From positions 174,000 to 237,999 of the forward strand of contig CAVRIR010000002.1 in NCBI GenBank assembly GCA_963721305.1: 64,000 nucleotides of DNA, written 5' to 3'. The notes beneath the pieces were generated by a model. The model made no database searches. It was not told the DNA's origin and worked only from the letters and a program-made list of their open reading frames with translations. A program made the position numbers and the translations under genes. This DNA comes from an uncultured Acidimicrobiia bacterium. GTDB lineage: Bacteria > Actinomycetota > Acidimicrobiia > Acidimicrobiales > JACDCH01. Shown one piece after another: positions 10,875 through 20,617 of this stretch (position 1 is its first letter; each line of letters begins with the position of its first letter).

Positions 10875-12646
10875 CCGGAATGCCCCTCGACCTTCCCGAC
10901 TCGACGCACGCTGACGCGGCACGGGCCCGCCGCCGGCGCATCACCATCGGTGTCGGCGTCGTCGCCGCTGCGCTGATCGCGTGCACCGGCATCGCCTTCG
11001 CCCGCTCGAGCGACGACAGCAGCTATCGCACCGCCGTCGTGGCCGCGCACCCCGTCGACCAGACGCTCACCGGCGTCGCCACCATCGAGCCCGTCTCGCA
11101 AGCAACCGTTGCCTTCCCGTCCTCGGGCACCGTTGCCACTGTTGCGGTCCACCCGGGCGACCAGGTGACGACCGGCGCGGAGCTCGCATCGCTCGACCCG
11201 ACGTCGCTGCAACAAGCGGTCGACACCGCGCAGGCCAACCTCGCGCAGGCTCAGCTCACGCTCGAGCGCGCGGAGAACGGTCAGTCAACGAACGCGACAG
11301 GCGGAACCGGTGGCTCGGGAACGGCGACGACGGGTTCCGCGCAACCGACGTCGTACCGCAGCGACGGCAGTGATGCCACAACGCAGGTCGAGTTCATGGC
11401 GGCCACACCGAGCAACACGCTGACCGCGGCCCAGCAAGCAGTGACCGACGGCCAGAAGCAAGTCGACGCTGACCTCGCCGCCGCCGACCAAGCGCTCGCC
11501 GCCGCCGGCAGCACGTGCAACGGCGTGACGGACGGCGGTTCGAGCACACCACCGGCATCGTCGACGTCGAGCGACTCATCCGACCGGTCGTCATCGTCCT
11601 CATCATCGTCCTCGACAGACCCGACAACGGGCAACGTCGGCGCCTGCTACAGCGCGCTGGCGGCAGTGCTCTCCGCACAGCAGCAGTCGCAAACGGCACA
11701 GAAGTCATTGGCCCAAGTCGCCACCGCGCTCGACGCGCTGCTCGCGCAACAGACGTCATCACCCGGTCAATCCACCGCACCGTCGTCCGGCAAGGCACCC
11801 TCCGCGAGTGGCGGTGCGCAGTCCCAATCCAACTCGGGTGCGACGACGACGCAGTCCGGCTCTCGTGCGACGGGATCCCAGTCGAGCTCGGGCACGACGG
11901 CCGTCACGAACACACCGTCATCCGCGGATCTCATCGCCGACCAGAAGGCGGTCGACGCCGCCAACGACGAGGTCGCCGCCGCGCAGCAAGCGGCGCTCGA
12001 CGCCACCATCGTGAGCCCGATCGACGGCACGGTCGTCGCGGTGAACCTCACCCCCGGCAGCACGGTCTCCGCGAACTCGAGTACGGCGAACGTCGTGATC
12101 GCCGGCCCGGGCGGCTACGAGGCCGTCACCATGGTGAAGGTGACCGATCTCCCGAACCTGAAGGTCGGCCAAGCTGCATCCGTCACTCCCGACGGCCTCG
12201 GTCGCACCATCACCGGGCAGGTCATCGCCGTCGGCCTCGTCAGCACCACCGGGACGACCGGCACCACCTATCCGGTGACGATCGGCCTCACCGGCAGCAC
12301 GGACGGGCTGCACGACGCCGCGACCGCGACCACCGTCATCACGACCTCGAGCTCGGGCAACGCGCTGGCGGTGCCCACGTCAGCGGTCCATGCCGACAAC
12401 GGCCACTACAGCGTCGACGTGTTGCACGGCGACTCCGTGGACGCGGTCACCGTCCAGGTCGGACCCATCGGCGCCACGTGGACAGCGATCACCAGCGGGC
12501 TGAGCGCCGGCGACACCGTCGTCCTCGCGAATGTCGGACAGCCGCTGCCGAGCAGCGCGACCTCGTCGACCAACGGCCAGCAGACGAACCGGTTCACCGG
12601 CACCGGCGGACGAACCGGCGGCGGCACGTTCGGTCCCCCCAACTGA
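10871..12646 (+). CDS. Second periplasmic adaptor (HlyD/MacA-like) with Ser/Thr-rich inserts
   Basis: TM, VAFPSSGTVATVAVHPGDQVTTG, TIVSPIDGTVVAVN, LAVPTSAV, ITSGLSAGDTVVL. Confidence 0.8.
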   Translation: MTGMPLDLPDSTHADAARARRRRITIGVGVVAAALIACTGIAFARSSDDSSYRTAVVAAHPVDQTLTGVATIEPVSQATVAFPSSGTVATVAVHPGDQVTTGAELASLDPTSLQQAVDTAQANLAQAQLTLERAENGQSTNATGGTGGSGTATTGSAQPTSYRSDGSDATTQVEFMAATPSNTLTAAQQAVTDGQKQVDADLAAADQALAAAGSTCNGVTDGGSSTPPASSTSSDSSDRSSSSSSSSSTDPTTGNVGACYSALAAVLSAQQQSQTAQKSLAQVATALDALLAQQTSSPGQSTAPSSGKAPSASGGAQSQSNSGATTTQSGSRATGSQSSSGTTAVTNTPSSADLIADQKAVDAANDEVAAAQQAALDATIVSPIDGTVVAVNLTPGSTVSANSSTANVVIAGPGGYEAVTMVKVTDLPNLKVGQAASVTPDGLGRTITGQVIAVGLVSTTGTTGTTYPVTIGLTGSTDGLHDAATATTVITTSSSGNALAVPTSAVHADNGHYSVDVLHGDSVDAVTVQVGPIGATWTAITSGLSAGDTVVLANVGQPLPSSATSSTNGQQTNRFTGTGGRTGGGTFGPPN

Positions 12647-12649
12647 TCC

Positions 12650-12689
12650 GATTCCGCCCGACGCCTCAGGGTCGTCGAGGTCGGCAATC
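12650..12689. terminator. Possible imperfect hairpin between convergent genes
   Basis: GATT-CCG..CGACG / CGTCG..CGG..AATC arms just after the stop at 12646; no U tract. Confidence 0.25.
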
Positions 12690-12803
12690 GATGGTGCGGT
12701 GCGTCGACACAGCGCCGCCCGCCCTTGCCCTCCGTTGCGCAAACCCTGAGCGGATGGGGGTTGTGGCATCGTGTGACATCAGTCAGGACCACGGTACGTG
12801 AAC

Positions 12804-13280
12804 TCAGACAGAAGCTGACTTCTCGGCGACGGTGGCGAGATGACGCAGCGTCTCCTCCATACCTGTGCGGTTGTGGGCGGATCTGTCCTTCACGCCCGTT
12901 GCCAGCTTCGACGCAAGTCGCATCGCGCCGCCGCGCCGATCGGTCCAGCTCTCGCTGACGCGACAGCCGGTGCCGGTCGCCTCGATCGTGTAGCCCCAGT
13001 CGGCGACATTGAACGGCCCGACCGTGATGCGGAACGCGACGGCTCGGTCCGGTTCGAAGGCGGTGATCTCGCCGACGCTCTTCCACGACCTCTTGCCGTT
13101 GCGATTCGTGCCGCGGAACTTCGCCCCGAGGGCCGCTGTGGTGGCGCCGCCGATCCACTCGATCTGCTCGTTCTCAGGCGACCACTCGGGCATGCGCGCC
13201 AGATCCGCGAGCAACGCCCACGCGACCGCCGGCGGTGCCGCGACGTCTCGGCTGACGGTGACGTCGGCTGGGCTGACCAT
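12804..13280 (-). CDS. SRPBCC (polyketide cyclase/dehydrase) family protein
   Basis: VTVSRDVAAPPAVAWALLADLARMPEWSPE, GAKFRGTN. Confidence 0.85.
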   Translation of the reverse strand: MVSPADVTVSRDVAAPPAVAWALLADLARMPEWSPENEQIEWIGGATTAALGAKFRGTNRNGKRSWKSVGEITAFEPDRAVAFRITVGPFNVADWGYTIEATGTGCRVSESWTDRRGGAMRLASKLATGVKDRSAHNRTGMEETLRHLATVAEKSASV

Positions 13281-13326
13281 GGCCGGCACCCTAGTGACCT
13301 CGGTTTGGCCGGCGCGACGATGAACC

Positions 13327-14061
13327 GTGCCTTCGCTCGTGATCCTCGCCGCAGGACTCGGCACACGGTTCGGCGGGGTCAAGCAACTCGCACCCATCGG
13401 CCGCAACGGCGAGGCGATCATGGACCTGCTCCTCGCTCGCGCGAGCACCGCGGGCTACGACCGCGCCGTCGTGGTGATCCGACCCGAAATCCGCGACGTC
13501 GTGCAGGCGCACTTCGGGCGCTACCCATCGCCGATCGCCGTGGAGCTCGCCGAACAGTCCGAGCCAATCGGGACGGCCGATGCGGTGCTCAGCGCTCAGC
13601 GCGTGGTCCATGAGCCATTCGTTGTAGCCAACGCCGACGACCTGTACCCGGTCGACGCGTTCGCGGTGCTCGCGGAGCACATTCGCCGGACGGACGAGCA
13701 TGCGATGGTGGCCTTCCGCGCCGGACGCACGATCGTGAACGATCAACCCGAGCGACGAGCCCGCCTCGACATCGGCGATGACGGCCGCCTCGAGGGTGTC
13801 GAAGAGAAAACCCTGCGTCCCTCCGAAGGGTTCGACAAGGACGCATGGATCTCGATGAACCTCTGGGGGTTCCAGCCGTCGATGTTCGACGCGTTGGCGC
13901 GAGCAGTTGCGCGTCGCGCATCGGGCGAGGTCTATCTGCCGGATGTGATCGGTGTCTTGATCGCCGATGGAGCGGTCATTCGAGTCCTCTTCTCCGAGTT
14001 GCCGTGCATCGGCATCACGCGCGCCGAAGACGTCGACGCAGTCCGCCGGACGCTCCGATGA
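13327..14061 (+). CDS. Sugar-phosphate nucleotidyltransferase (NTP_transferase)
   Basis: LVILAAGLGTRFGGVKQL, PIGTADAV, FVVANADD, ISMNLWGF, GEVYLP. Confidence 0.85.
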   Translation: MPSLVILAAGLGTRFGGVKQLAPIGRNGEAIMDLLLARASTAGYDRAVVVIRPEIRDVVQAHFGRYPSPIAVELAEQSEPIGTADAVLSAQRVVHEPFVVANADDLYPVDAFAVLAEHIRRTDEHAMVAFRAGRTIVNDQPERRARLDIGDDGRLEGVEEKTLRPSEGFDKDAWISMNLWGFQPSMFDALARAVARRASGEVYLPDVIGVLIADGAVIRVLFSELPCIGITRAEDVDAVRRTLR

Positions 14062-15059
14062 GCCAACTCGAAACCGCCGATCGCGTCGCGGCTCAGTTCG
14101 TCGACCGCGTGCTCGGCGTGAAGCCCTTCGGAAAGGGTCTCATCAACAAGACGTTTCTGGTGACGGGATCGACTCACGACATCGTGTTGCAGCGGCTGAA
14201 CCTCGAAGTGTTCGCAGATCCCGATGCAGTGATGGCGAACATCACCAAGGTGTCTTCGTTCGTCGGCGACACCTTGCTGCCGAGACCGCTACGCACCATC
14301 GCGGGCGACTGGCTTGCGCGCGACGGGGGTGAGGTCTGGCGTGCGTGGCGGCGAGTCGCCCGCGCGCACACCGAGTCGGTGAGCTCGCCCGCGATCGCCC
14401 GGGAAGCGGGGTTGCTGCTCGGCCGGTTCCACGCGTCGGTCGCCGGTCTCGATCCCCGGTCGCTCGTCGAGACCATTCCGTGCTTCCACGATCTCCGCCG
14501 CCGGTTCGATGCACTGCAAGGAGCCGTTGCCGCTGACGGTGCCGGACGGGCTGCCGCGGCCGCCGAACTCATCGACGTGGCACTCGCGCATGAACCGCTC
14601 GTCGAGCTCGCGTCGGACACGCTCGCACGCGTCCCTCGACGCGTCGCCCACAACGATGCCGCGCTCGCCAACATGCTGTTCGTGCAGGACGAAGCCGTGT
14701 GTCTCGTCGACCTCGACACGCTGATGCCCACGGCCTGGTTCTGGGACGTCGGTGATCTCGTTCGCACGGCGGCTACCACTCAGGCAGAGGACGACCCGTC
14801 GGCCGAGGTCGATCGAGATCTCTACGCCGCGATCCACGAGGGATACCTCGCGACGGCGCCGTCGATGACCCCCGCGGAGATCCAGGCCCTCGACGTCGCC
14901 GGGATCATCGTCGCCTACGAGCAGGCGTTGCGGTTCCTCACCGATTGGCTCGAAGGCGACGTGTACTACCGCATCGTCCGTCCCGACCAGAACCTCGATC
15001 GCGCCCGCGCCCAGCTCGGGCTCGTGGCATCGATGACCGATACCGTCGCGGAACGATGA
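14058..15059 (+). CDS. APH-fold sugar kinase, N-acetylhexosamine 1-kinase (NahK)-like
   Basis: GKGLINKTFLV, VLQRLN, RVAHNDAALANMLF, LVDLDTLMP, DVGDLVR, ALRFLTDWLEGDVYY. Confidence 0.8.
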   Translation: MSQLETADRVAAQFVDRVLGVKPFGKGLINKTFLVTGSTHDIVLQRLNLEVFADPDAVMANITKVSSFVGDTLLPRPLRTIAGDWLARDGGEVWRAWRRVARAHTESVSSPAIAREAGLLLGRFHASVAGLDPRSLVETIPCFHDLRRRFDALQGAVAADGAGRAAAAAELIDVALAHEPLVELASDTLARVPRRVAHNDAALANMLFVQDEAVCLVDLDTLMPTAWFWDVGDLVRTAATTQAEDDPSAEVDRDLYAAIHEGYLATAPSMTPAEIQALDVAGIIVAYEQALRFLTDWLEGDVYYRIVRPDQNLDRARAQLGLVASMTDTVAER

Positions 15060-15892
15060 GCGAGCGGAGCGATCAGCTCCCGCAACTGGGCCGTGAGCAT
15101 CTCGACGACATCGCCGCGCTCTGCACTCGAGGGGTCGTGGGCGCACCGACGATCGAGGAGCTCGACGGCGCGCTGTTCTGCGACGAACAACCGGCTGTCG
15201 TTCGAGGCGATCCTGCCGTCGGGATCGTCGCAACCGTCACCGCCGACAACGGCGGTCATATCCGACTTCTCGTCGTCGACCCCGACCACCGGAACCGAGG
15301 CCACGGCAACTCGCTGGTGAACGCGGCCGAGTCCGACGCCCGCGCCGCTGGACACGATGCCCTTTCCACCGGCGCCGACGCGCCGTACTTCCTCTGGCCG
15401 GGTATCCCGAGCACGGACACGCCGATGATCTGCTTGTTCGAGCACCACCACTACTTCCGCGCCGAGACCAACTTCGACATGACCGTGGACCTCGCCGCGA
15501 TCCCCGACGACCCGGGCGGCCACGTGCGCGCGACCGCGGCGGACGCCGACGAGCTCGACGCATGGATGACGGCGCACTGGGCGAACTGGCGGGCCGAGGT
15601 GATACGGGCGCTGCACAAAGGCAACCTCGTGCTCGTCCGCGGCAGCGACGGCATCCAGGCGTTCTGCGCGTTCGAGGTCAACCGGACCGGGTTCCTCGGC
15701 CCGGTCGCCGTGCGGCCCGATCTGATGGGACAAGGCATCGGCCGTCCAGCGCTCATCGGCGCGCTCCACGAGTTGCGGCGCCGCGGACGAACGCACACCG
15801 ACGTGTGCTGGGTCGGCCCAGTGATTCCGTATGCACTCGTGGGTGGGCGCGTCACCAATGTGTATTTCGTCTACCGCCGGAACCTGAGATGA
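15056..15892 (+). CDS. Tandem GNAT N-acetyltransferase
   Basis: LLVVDPDHRNRGHG and GPVAVRPDLMGQGIGR acetyl-CoA motifs. Confidence 0.75.
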   Translation: MSERSDQLPQLGREHLDDIAALCTRGVVGAPTIEELDGALFCDEQPAVVRGDPAVGIVATVTADNGGHIRLLVVDPDHRNRGHGNSLVNAAESDARAAGHDALSTGADAPYFLWPGIPSTDTPMICLFEHHHYFRAETNFDMTVDLAAIPDDPGGHVRATAADADELDAWMTAHWANWRAEVIRALHKGNLVLVRGSDGIQAFCAFEVNRTGFLGPVAVRPDLMGQGIGRPALIGALHELRRRGRTHTDVCWVGPVIPYALVGGRVTNVYFVYRRNLR

Positions 15893-17628
15893 ACCTGCTT
15901 CCTCGTCCTCGATTCGCCGACTGCAGCGACGTGCGCGTACCGAACGCCGCGCCGCGCGAGCGCATCGACGCGTCGCTGCCGGCCGAGGGTTACGAGCTTC
16001 GCATCGGCGCAGACGGCATCGACCTCGCGGCCGCCGATGACGCGGGCACGTTCTACGCGCGCAGCACACTCGCACAACTCGCACGCATCCACGACGGCTC
16101 ACTGCCCGAGGGCGTGATCCGCGATCATCCAGACCTCCCCGCTCGCGGGGTGATGCTCGATATCTCGCGCGACAAGGTGCCGAGCATGGCCTCCCTGCGC
16201 GATCTCATCGATCGCCTCGCGTCGTGGAAGATCAACCAGGTCCAGTTGTACAGCGAGCACACATTCGCCTACCGCAACCATCAGATCGTGCACGAGCACG
16301 CGAGCCCGCTCACCGCTGACGAGATCATCGAGCTCGATGCGTTCTGTCGCCAACGGTTCGTCGAGCTCGTGCCGAACCAGAACTGCCTTGGCCACATGAA
16401 TCGCTGGGTCGAGCACGAGCCCTACCGCGCGCTCGCGCTCGCGCCGGACGGATTCACCGATCCCTGGGGCATGTTTCGCAACGCGATGACCCTCGACCCG
16501 GTCAACCCTGGCTCGCTCGAGCTCATCCGTGAGCTGCTCGCCGAACTGCTTCCTCTGTTCACGAGCAGACGCGTCCACCTCGGACTCGACGAGGCGTGGG
16601 AGCTCCCACCCGAGCGGATGGACGAGTTCATGGCCTGGATCGACACGCTGCGTTCGCTTCCAGAGCTCGCCGACCACGAGCTGTTGATCTGGGGCGACAT
16701 GATCGCGGGCGACATCGACCGGTTGCGACAAATTCCCGCCGGCGTCACCGTCTGCGAGTGGGGTTACGACGACTGGCATCCGTTCGATGAACGCGTGTCG
16801 ATGCTCTCCGACGCGGGCGTGCCGTTCTGGGTGGCACCGGGGACGTCGAGCTGGCTGTCGGTGGTGGGTCGCGTGCCCAACATGATCGGCAACTGTCACG
16901 CCGCGGCGAGGGCGGCACTCGCACACGGCGCGGTCGGTTACCTCAACACCGACTGGGGCGACCAAGGACACCTCCAGCAACATCCGATCAGCGACCCCGG
17001 TTTCGTATATGGCGCGGCGGTCTCATGGTGTTTCGCCAGCAACGCCGACCTCGATCTCGGCGCCGCGTTGAGCACGCATTGTTACGACGATCCGAGCGGC
17101 AACATGGCCGACGCGGTGCTCGCACTCGGGCGCACGTACCTCGACATCACGCCGCAGTTCCCGAACATGGCGACCATCGTGTTGCACCTCTACTTCCCGC
17201 AACTCACGGTCGGACGTGGCCTCACCCGCGGAATCACCCTGGACCAACTCGACGGTCTCGCCGAGCACCTGGCCGACGCACGCGCCCTCGCGCGGACCGC
17301 GAGATCGGCTCGCGCTGACACGGAACAGCTGACGCGCGAACTGGAGTGGAGCGCCGACATCGTCACGCTGACGACCGACGACGCGCGAGCCCGCCTCGAA
17401 GGTGACGGCACGATCGGTTCGATCGACGAGGAAACGAGGAAGCGGCTTGCGGCGCGCTTGGCGGACCTCACCGAGGAACACCGCGCACTCTGGCTCCAGC
17501 GCAATCGCCCTGGTGGCCTCGAAGACAGTGCAGCCTGGCTCGACAACCTCTTTGCCGCCTACACGAGCGGCAAGCCCGATCCGAACTGGGGAGGTTGGCG
17601 TGTGCGCGACTCGTCGCACCCGCAATGA
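15889..17628 (+). CDS. GH20 beta-N-acetylhexosaminidase family
   Basis: GH20b EGYELRI, RGVMLDISR, ELVPNQNCLGH, VHLGLDEA catalytic DE pair, LNTDWGD. Confidence 0.9.
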   Translation: MNLLPRPRFADCSDVRVPNAAPRERIDASLPAEGYELRIGADGIDLAAADDAGTFYARSTLAQLARIHDGSLPEGVIRDHPDLPARGVMLDISRDKVPSMASLRDLIDRLASWKINQVQLYSEHTFAYRNHQIVHEHASPLTADEIIELDAFCRQRFVELVPNQNCLGHMNRWVEHEPYRALALAPDGFTDPWGMFRNAMTLDPVNPGSLELIRELLAELLPLFTSRRVHLGLDEAWELPPERMDEFMAWIDTLRSLPELADHELLIWGDMIAGDIDRLRQIPAGVTVCEWGYDDWHPFDERVSMLSDAGVPFWVAPGTSSWLSVVGRVPNMIGNCHAAARAALAHGAVGYLNTDWGDQGHLQQHPISDPGFVYGAAVSWCFASNADLDLGAALSTHCYDDPSGNMADAVLALGRTYLDITPQFPNMATIVLHLYFPQLTVGRGLTRGITLDQLDGLAEHLADARALARTARSARADTEQLTRELEWSADIVTLTTDDARARLEGDGTIGSIDEETRKRLAARLADLTEEHRALWLQRNRPGGLEDSAAWLDNLFAAYTSGKPDPNWGGWRVRDSSHPQ

Positions 17629-17658
17629 CGACATCTGCACAGGTGATGGGAGGATGCA

Positions 17659-18138
17659 GTGCTGACGCACGAGAACGAGCTCACCTCGCCGGTCGACCTC
17701 TGCACGACTGACGGCGATCGGCTCGACCGGGCCGCACTCGGCTGGTCACGGCGGCCACTGCACCGCGCGAACCTCGCGGGCCGATTCGGCATCAACAAGC
17801 GGTGGGACTACTGGGCGGTCCTGGCCGGCGACCTCGTGCTGTCGTGTTTGTATGCCGACGTCGACCACTTCGGGGTGTCGGATGTGTGGTGGGCCGATCT
17901 CGCGAGCGGCACGACCGGGGGCAACGGCATGATCACGGCGGAATGGGGCGGAAGACCGGCACCCGACCGCGCCACCGCTAGGGCGAAGGTCGTTCGCGCC
18001 ACCTACTCCCTCAGACGAGGTGACCCCCTGACCGCACAGCACCACGGCGAAGAGTTCGTCGTCCGCCCGGGTTCCGCGGTCTCATTCCCCGGCAGCTACC
18101 GCACTCACGACACACCGTCACGCCGCCCGGCCAATTGA
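17659..18138 (+). pseudogene. 5' fragment of a DUF2804-like gene; similarity ends near 17945
   Basis: ELTSPVDLC..LDRAALGWSRRPLHRANL..KRWDYW N-terminus, then sequence without family-like character. Confidence 0.6.
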
Positions 18139-18575
18139 GATGACTCGGCGCGAGGGCCGGCCGCCTCGAAACGCTTGTGATACCAGAGCGCGTCGGTTCC
18201 CGATGGAAAGTCCTGGACTCGACCGACGAGGTCGTAGCCGTTTCGCTCGTAGAGAGCTCGAGCCTGAAAGTCGTAGGTGAAGTGGACCGTCTGTGAGCAA
18301 CCGCGCGTGACCGCCTCGGCCTCGGCCGCGGCGAGCAGCCGGGTTGCCAGCCCCCGACCTCGGAGGTGCGGCGCGACCCAGAGGCTCTGCAGCTCGCAGC
18401 AGTCGCCCCAGGTCCACCCGCTGATGCCAGCGACGATCGTGCCGGCGTCGCGCACGAAGATCGCCAACTCCACTTCGTCACCGAGCCCCTTGACGGTCGA
18501 GGCCTCGGAACGGATGCGCTCTTCTAGGAGCTCGACGTCGAGCGGATCCGGATGGTCCTCGACCTGGAACTCCAT
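18105..18575 (-). CDS. GNAT acetyltransferase
   Basis: LQSLWVAPHLRGRGLATRLL, FQARALYERNGY. Confidence 0.85.
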   Translation of the reverse strand: MEFQVEDHPDPLDVELLEERIRSEASTVKGLGDEVELAIFVRDAGTIVAGISGWTWGDCCELQSLWVAPHLRGRGLATRLLAAAEAEAVTRGCSQTVHFTYDFQARALYERNGYDLVGRVQDFPSGTDALWYHKRFEAAGPRAESSQLAGRRDGVS

Positions 18576-18588
18576 CGAGAACGACTCG

Positions 18589-19005
18589 TCACACGCCGAC
18601 GATCTGCTCGATCATCGAGAGGTCATCGAAGTAGGTCCGGAACGAGCGGATCTTTCCCTCACGGAAGTCGGCCACGCTGACGCCTGCCAGCTGAACATGC
18701 CGACCCGTTGCCTCCAACACGACATCGTCGTCCAGCACGAGTGGCCCCGTGTGATCGGCTTCGATCAGCCACTCGGCGTACGCCCTGTTGCCGACCTCAT
18801 CGAGTCCTCGCAAAAAGATCACCACGTTCGAGAATGCGATTTCACGGAGGGCGGACAACTCAGCGAGCGCAGTCAGCCCTGAAATGGATGCGTATGGCGA
18901 CCAACCGACGACATCGTCTGTGAAGAGCGTGTCGAGATCCACCGAGGTGCTACCAACCTCGGCCTCGAGCGCCTTCGCCATCACGTCTTTGCGCGATTCA
19001 GTCAT
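18589..19005 (-). CDS. SnoaL/NTF2-like protein
   Basis: LFTDDVV, HTGPL, FREGKIRSFRTYFD. Confidence 0.75.
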   Translation of the reverse strand: MTESRKDVMAKALEAEVGSTSVDLDTLFTDDVVGWSPYASISGLTALAELSALREIAFSNVVIFLRGLDEVGNRAYAEWLIEADHTGPLVLDDDVVLEATGRHVQLAGVSVADFREGKIRSFRTYFDDLSMIEQIVGV

Positions 19006-19063
19006 TGCAGCCCTTCGATTGTGCCGTCATCTGCCGTGACGTCGCTCGGGGATCCGACGTACG

Positions 19064-19303
19064 TCAGGACCCGATGATCTTCGCCTTGGCCGACGCGAAC
19101 TCCTCGTCGGTCAGCACGCCCGATGCATGCAACTGTGCGAGGTGTTCGATCTCGTCCGCCGTGTCGGCGGGAGCCGGTGCATATTGCGTCTGATCTACAG
19201 GCTGCGGCTCATCTTCTTGTCCGGAGTGGTGACGAGCGACCGCAGCTCCCGCCGCGGCTCCGACGATGAGCCCGCGACGCCTTGACCTTCGCCTCATTCC
19301 CAT
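19064..19303 (-). CDS. Small SHOCT-domain protein
   Basis: EIEHLAQLHASGVLTDEEFASAKAKII. Confidence 0.8.
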   Translation of the reverse strand: MGMRRRSRRRGLIVGAAAGAAVARHHSGQEDEPQPVDQTQYAPAPADTADEIEHLAQLHASGVLTDEEFASAKAKIIGS

Positions 19304-19893
19304 GAGCCCACCCTAGACGAGCAAGCTCGCCGCGTCGCGCGGCCACCCGAACCACGAAGCCCTTCGGTCCAGCAGAAGCCGAAGCATTCGTCCTGATGTC
19401 GCTCGTCTTCCGGGTCGCCCACGTCGTCTGCGAACAGGATCGACGTCGCGTGCCGCGACGACAGCACGCGTTATGGTCGCGCGCTTCGCAGATTCTGGCA
19501 TCCAGGGGATCAAGGCGAGAACCGACAATTGAGCTGATCGACCTCTTCGTCGATGCATCAGCATTCCGCGCTCGCTTCACTTCGGTAGGGACGCTCAGCG
19601 ACGAATCACTACGATCCACCGCGGACGCCACGAGCCTGGATGGTCTTCAGGTCCACGTCGCGGGTCGCATCGCCCTGCGCACGTGTACCTACTGTGGACA
19701 CAGGTCAATCGTCGCCATATGTTGACAACGTGTGTCGGCCCGGCGGGGAGGCCCCGCCGCCACTGGGGGCAGCCATCGTCATGGGGACGGGTCACGATTT
19801 CGGACTTGGTGTCGGTCCGTATTCGCCAAGACCATCAACCCGATCCCTGGCGGCCCCGATCTCGTGCACGGCGGCGGATCTGCGGACGCGGGC

Positions 19894-20166
19894 ATGAAGT
19901 CCTTGGCCGAGGAAACGACTCGGCGACGCTGGCCTTATCTTCTCGCCTTCTGGACGGCGTGGTTGGTGCTGTATCTGTGGTGGCCGTGGTTGCTGGGCTG
20001 GTTCTTCCCTGCCGTCCTGATCGGCTTGGCGGCGAAGACTCTGATCTGGGGACCACCTGCTCCCCGTCGGGTGCTGCTGTTGACGTTGGGCACTATCGCC
20101 GGATGCCTGGTGGTCGTTGGGCTGTTCGCTCTGTTGATTGCAGCCACGTCCGGTTCGGCACCGTGA
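19894..20166 (+). CDS. Small hypothetical membrane protein
   Basis: About 90 aa with two or three hydrophobic segments (WPYLLAFWTAWLVLYLWW; VLLLTLGTIAGCLVVVGLF). Confidence 0.45.
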   Translation: MKSLAEETTRRRWPYLLAFWTAWLVLYLWWPWLLGWFFPAVLIGLAAKTLIWGPPAPRRVLLLTLGTIAGCLVVVGLFALLIAATSGSAP

Positions 20167-20227
20167 CCGCTCAGCCGTTCACTCACGTAGGGCGTTTTGA
20201 TCTTCAGCAACATCGCGACGGTGGTGC

Positions 20228-20602
20228 TCACGCTCGGGTTAGGCCACCGCCAGTGCTCGCAAGGGCGTCAGGTCCACGACGCCTTGCTCGACTTTGTCGA
20301 ACGCGATCGTGACTTGCCTCGGATTTCGACGTGTCGGCTCCAGCTTGAACCCTCCGGCGCGACGCACGCCTACCGCGTGAGCGTGAGCACCTCGAAACGC
20401 ACGAGCGGTGGTAGCTGCGCCAGTTCGTCGACGGAGATGTCCCGCGTCGCGAACACCGACAAGCCGTAGGTGCCGTAGACGGCTTCGTAATCCTGCGCGT
20501 CGGATCGCAACCGCTCAGCATCGAGCTCCCCGCCACGATGACGATGACGATGTCGTCGTCGTCGAGCTCATCGCCCTCGCCCAATCGACGCTGCTTGGCC
20601 AT
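20228..20602 (-). pseudogene. Degenerate small hypothetical gene (frameshift plus stop)
   Basis: Joining frames gives MAKQRRLGEGDELDDDDIVIV..ELDAERLRSDAQDYEAVYGTYGLSVFATRDISVDELAQLPPLVRFEVLTL..GFKLEPTRRNPRQVTIAF. Confidence 0.5.
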
Positions 20603-20617
20603 CTTCTTCGAGTCTGA

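Noticed and set aside
19625-19670. Minus-strand DVDLKTIQAR, resembling the tyrosine integrase C-terminal 'GVDLKTxQxRLGH' motif
   Set aside because: Only about 10 residues; no following LGH and no upstream HxLRH, so chance cannot be excluded.
19313-19725. ORFs 19313-19564 (-) and 19396-19725 (+)
   Set aside because: No recognisable motif or RBS, and they overlap each other; left uncalled.
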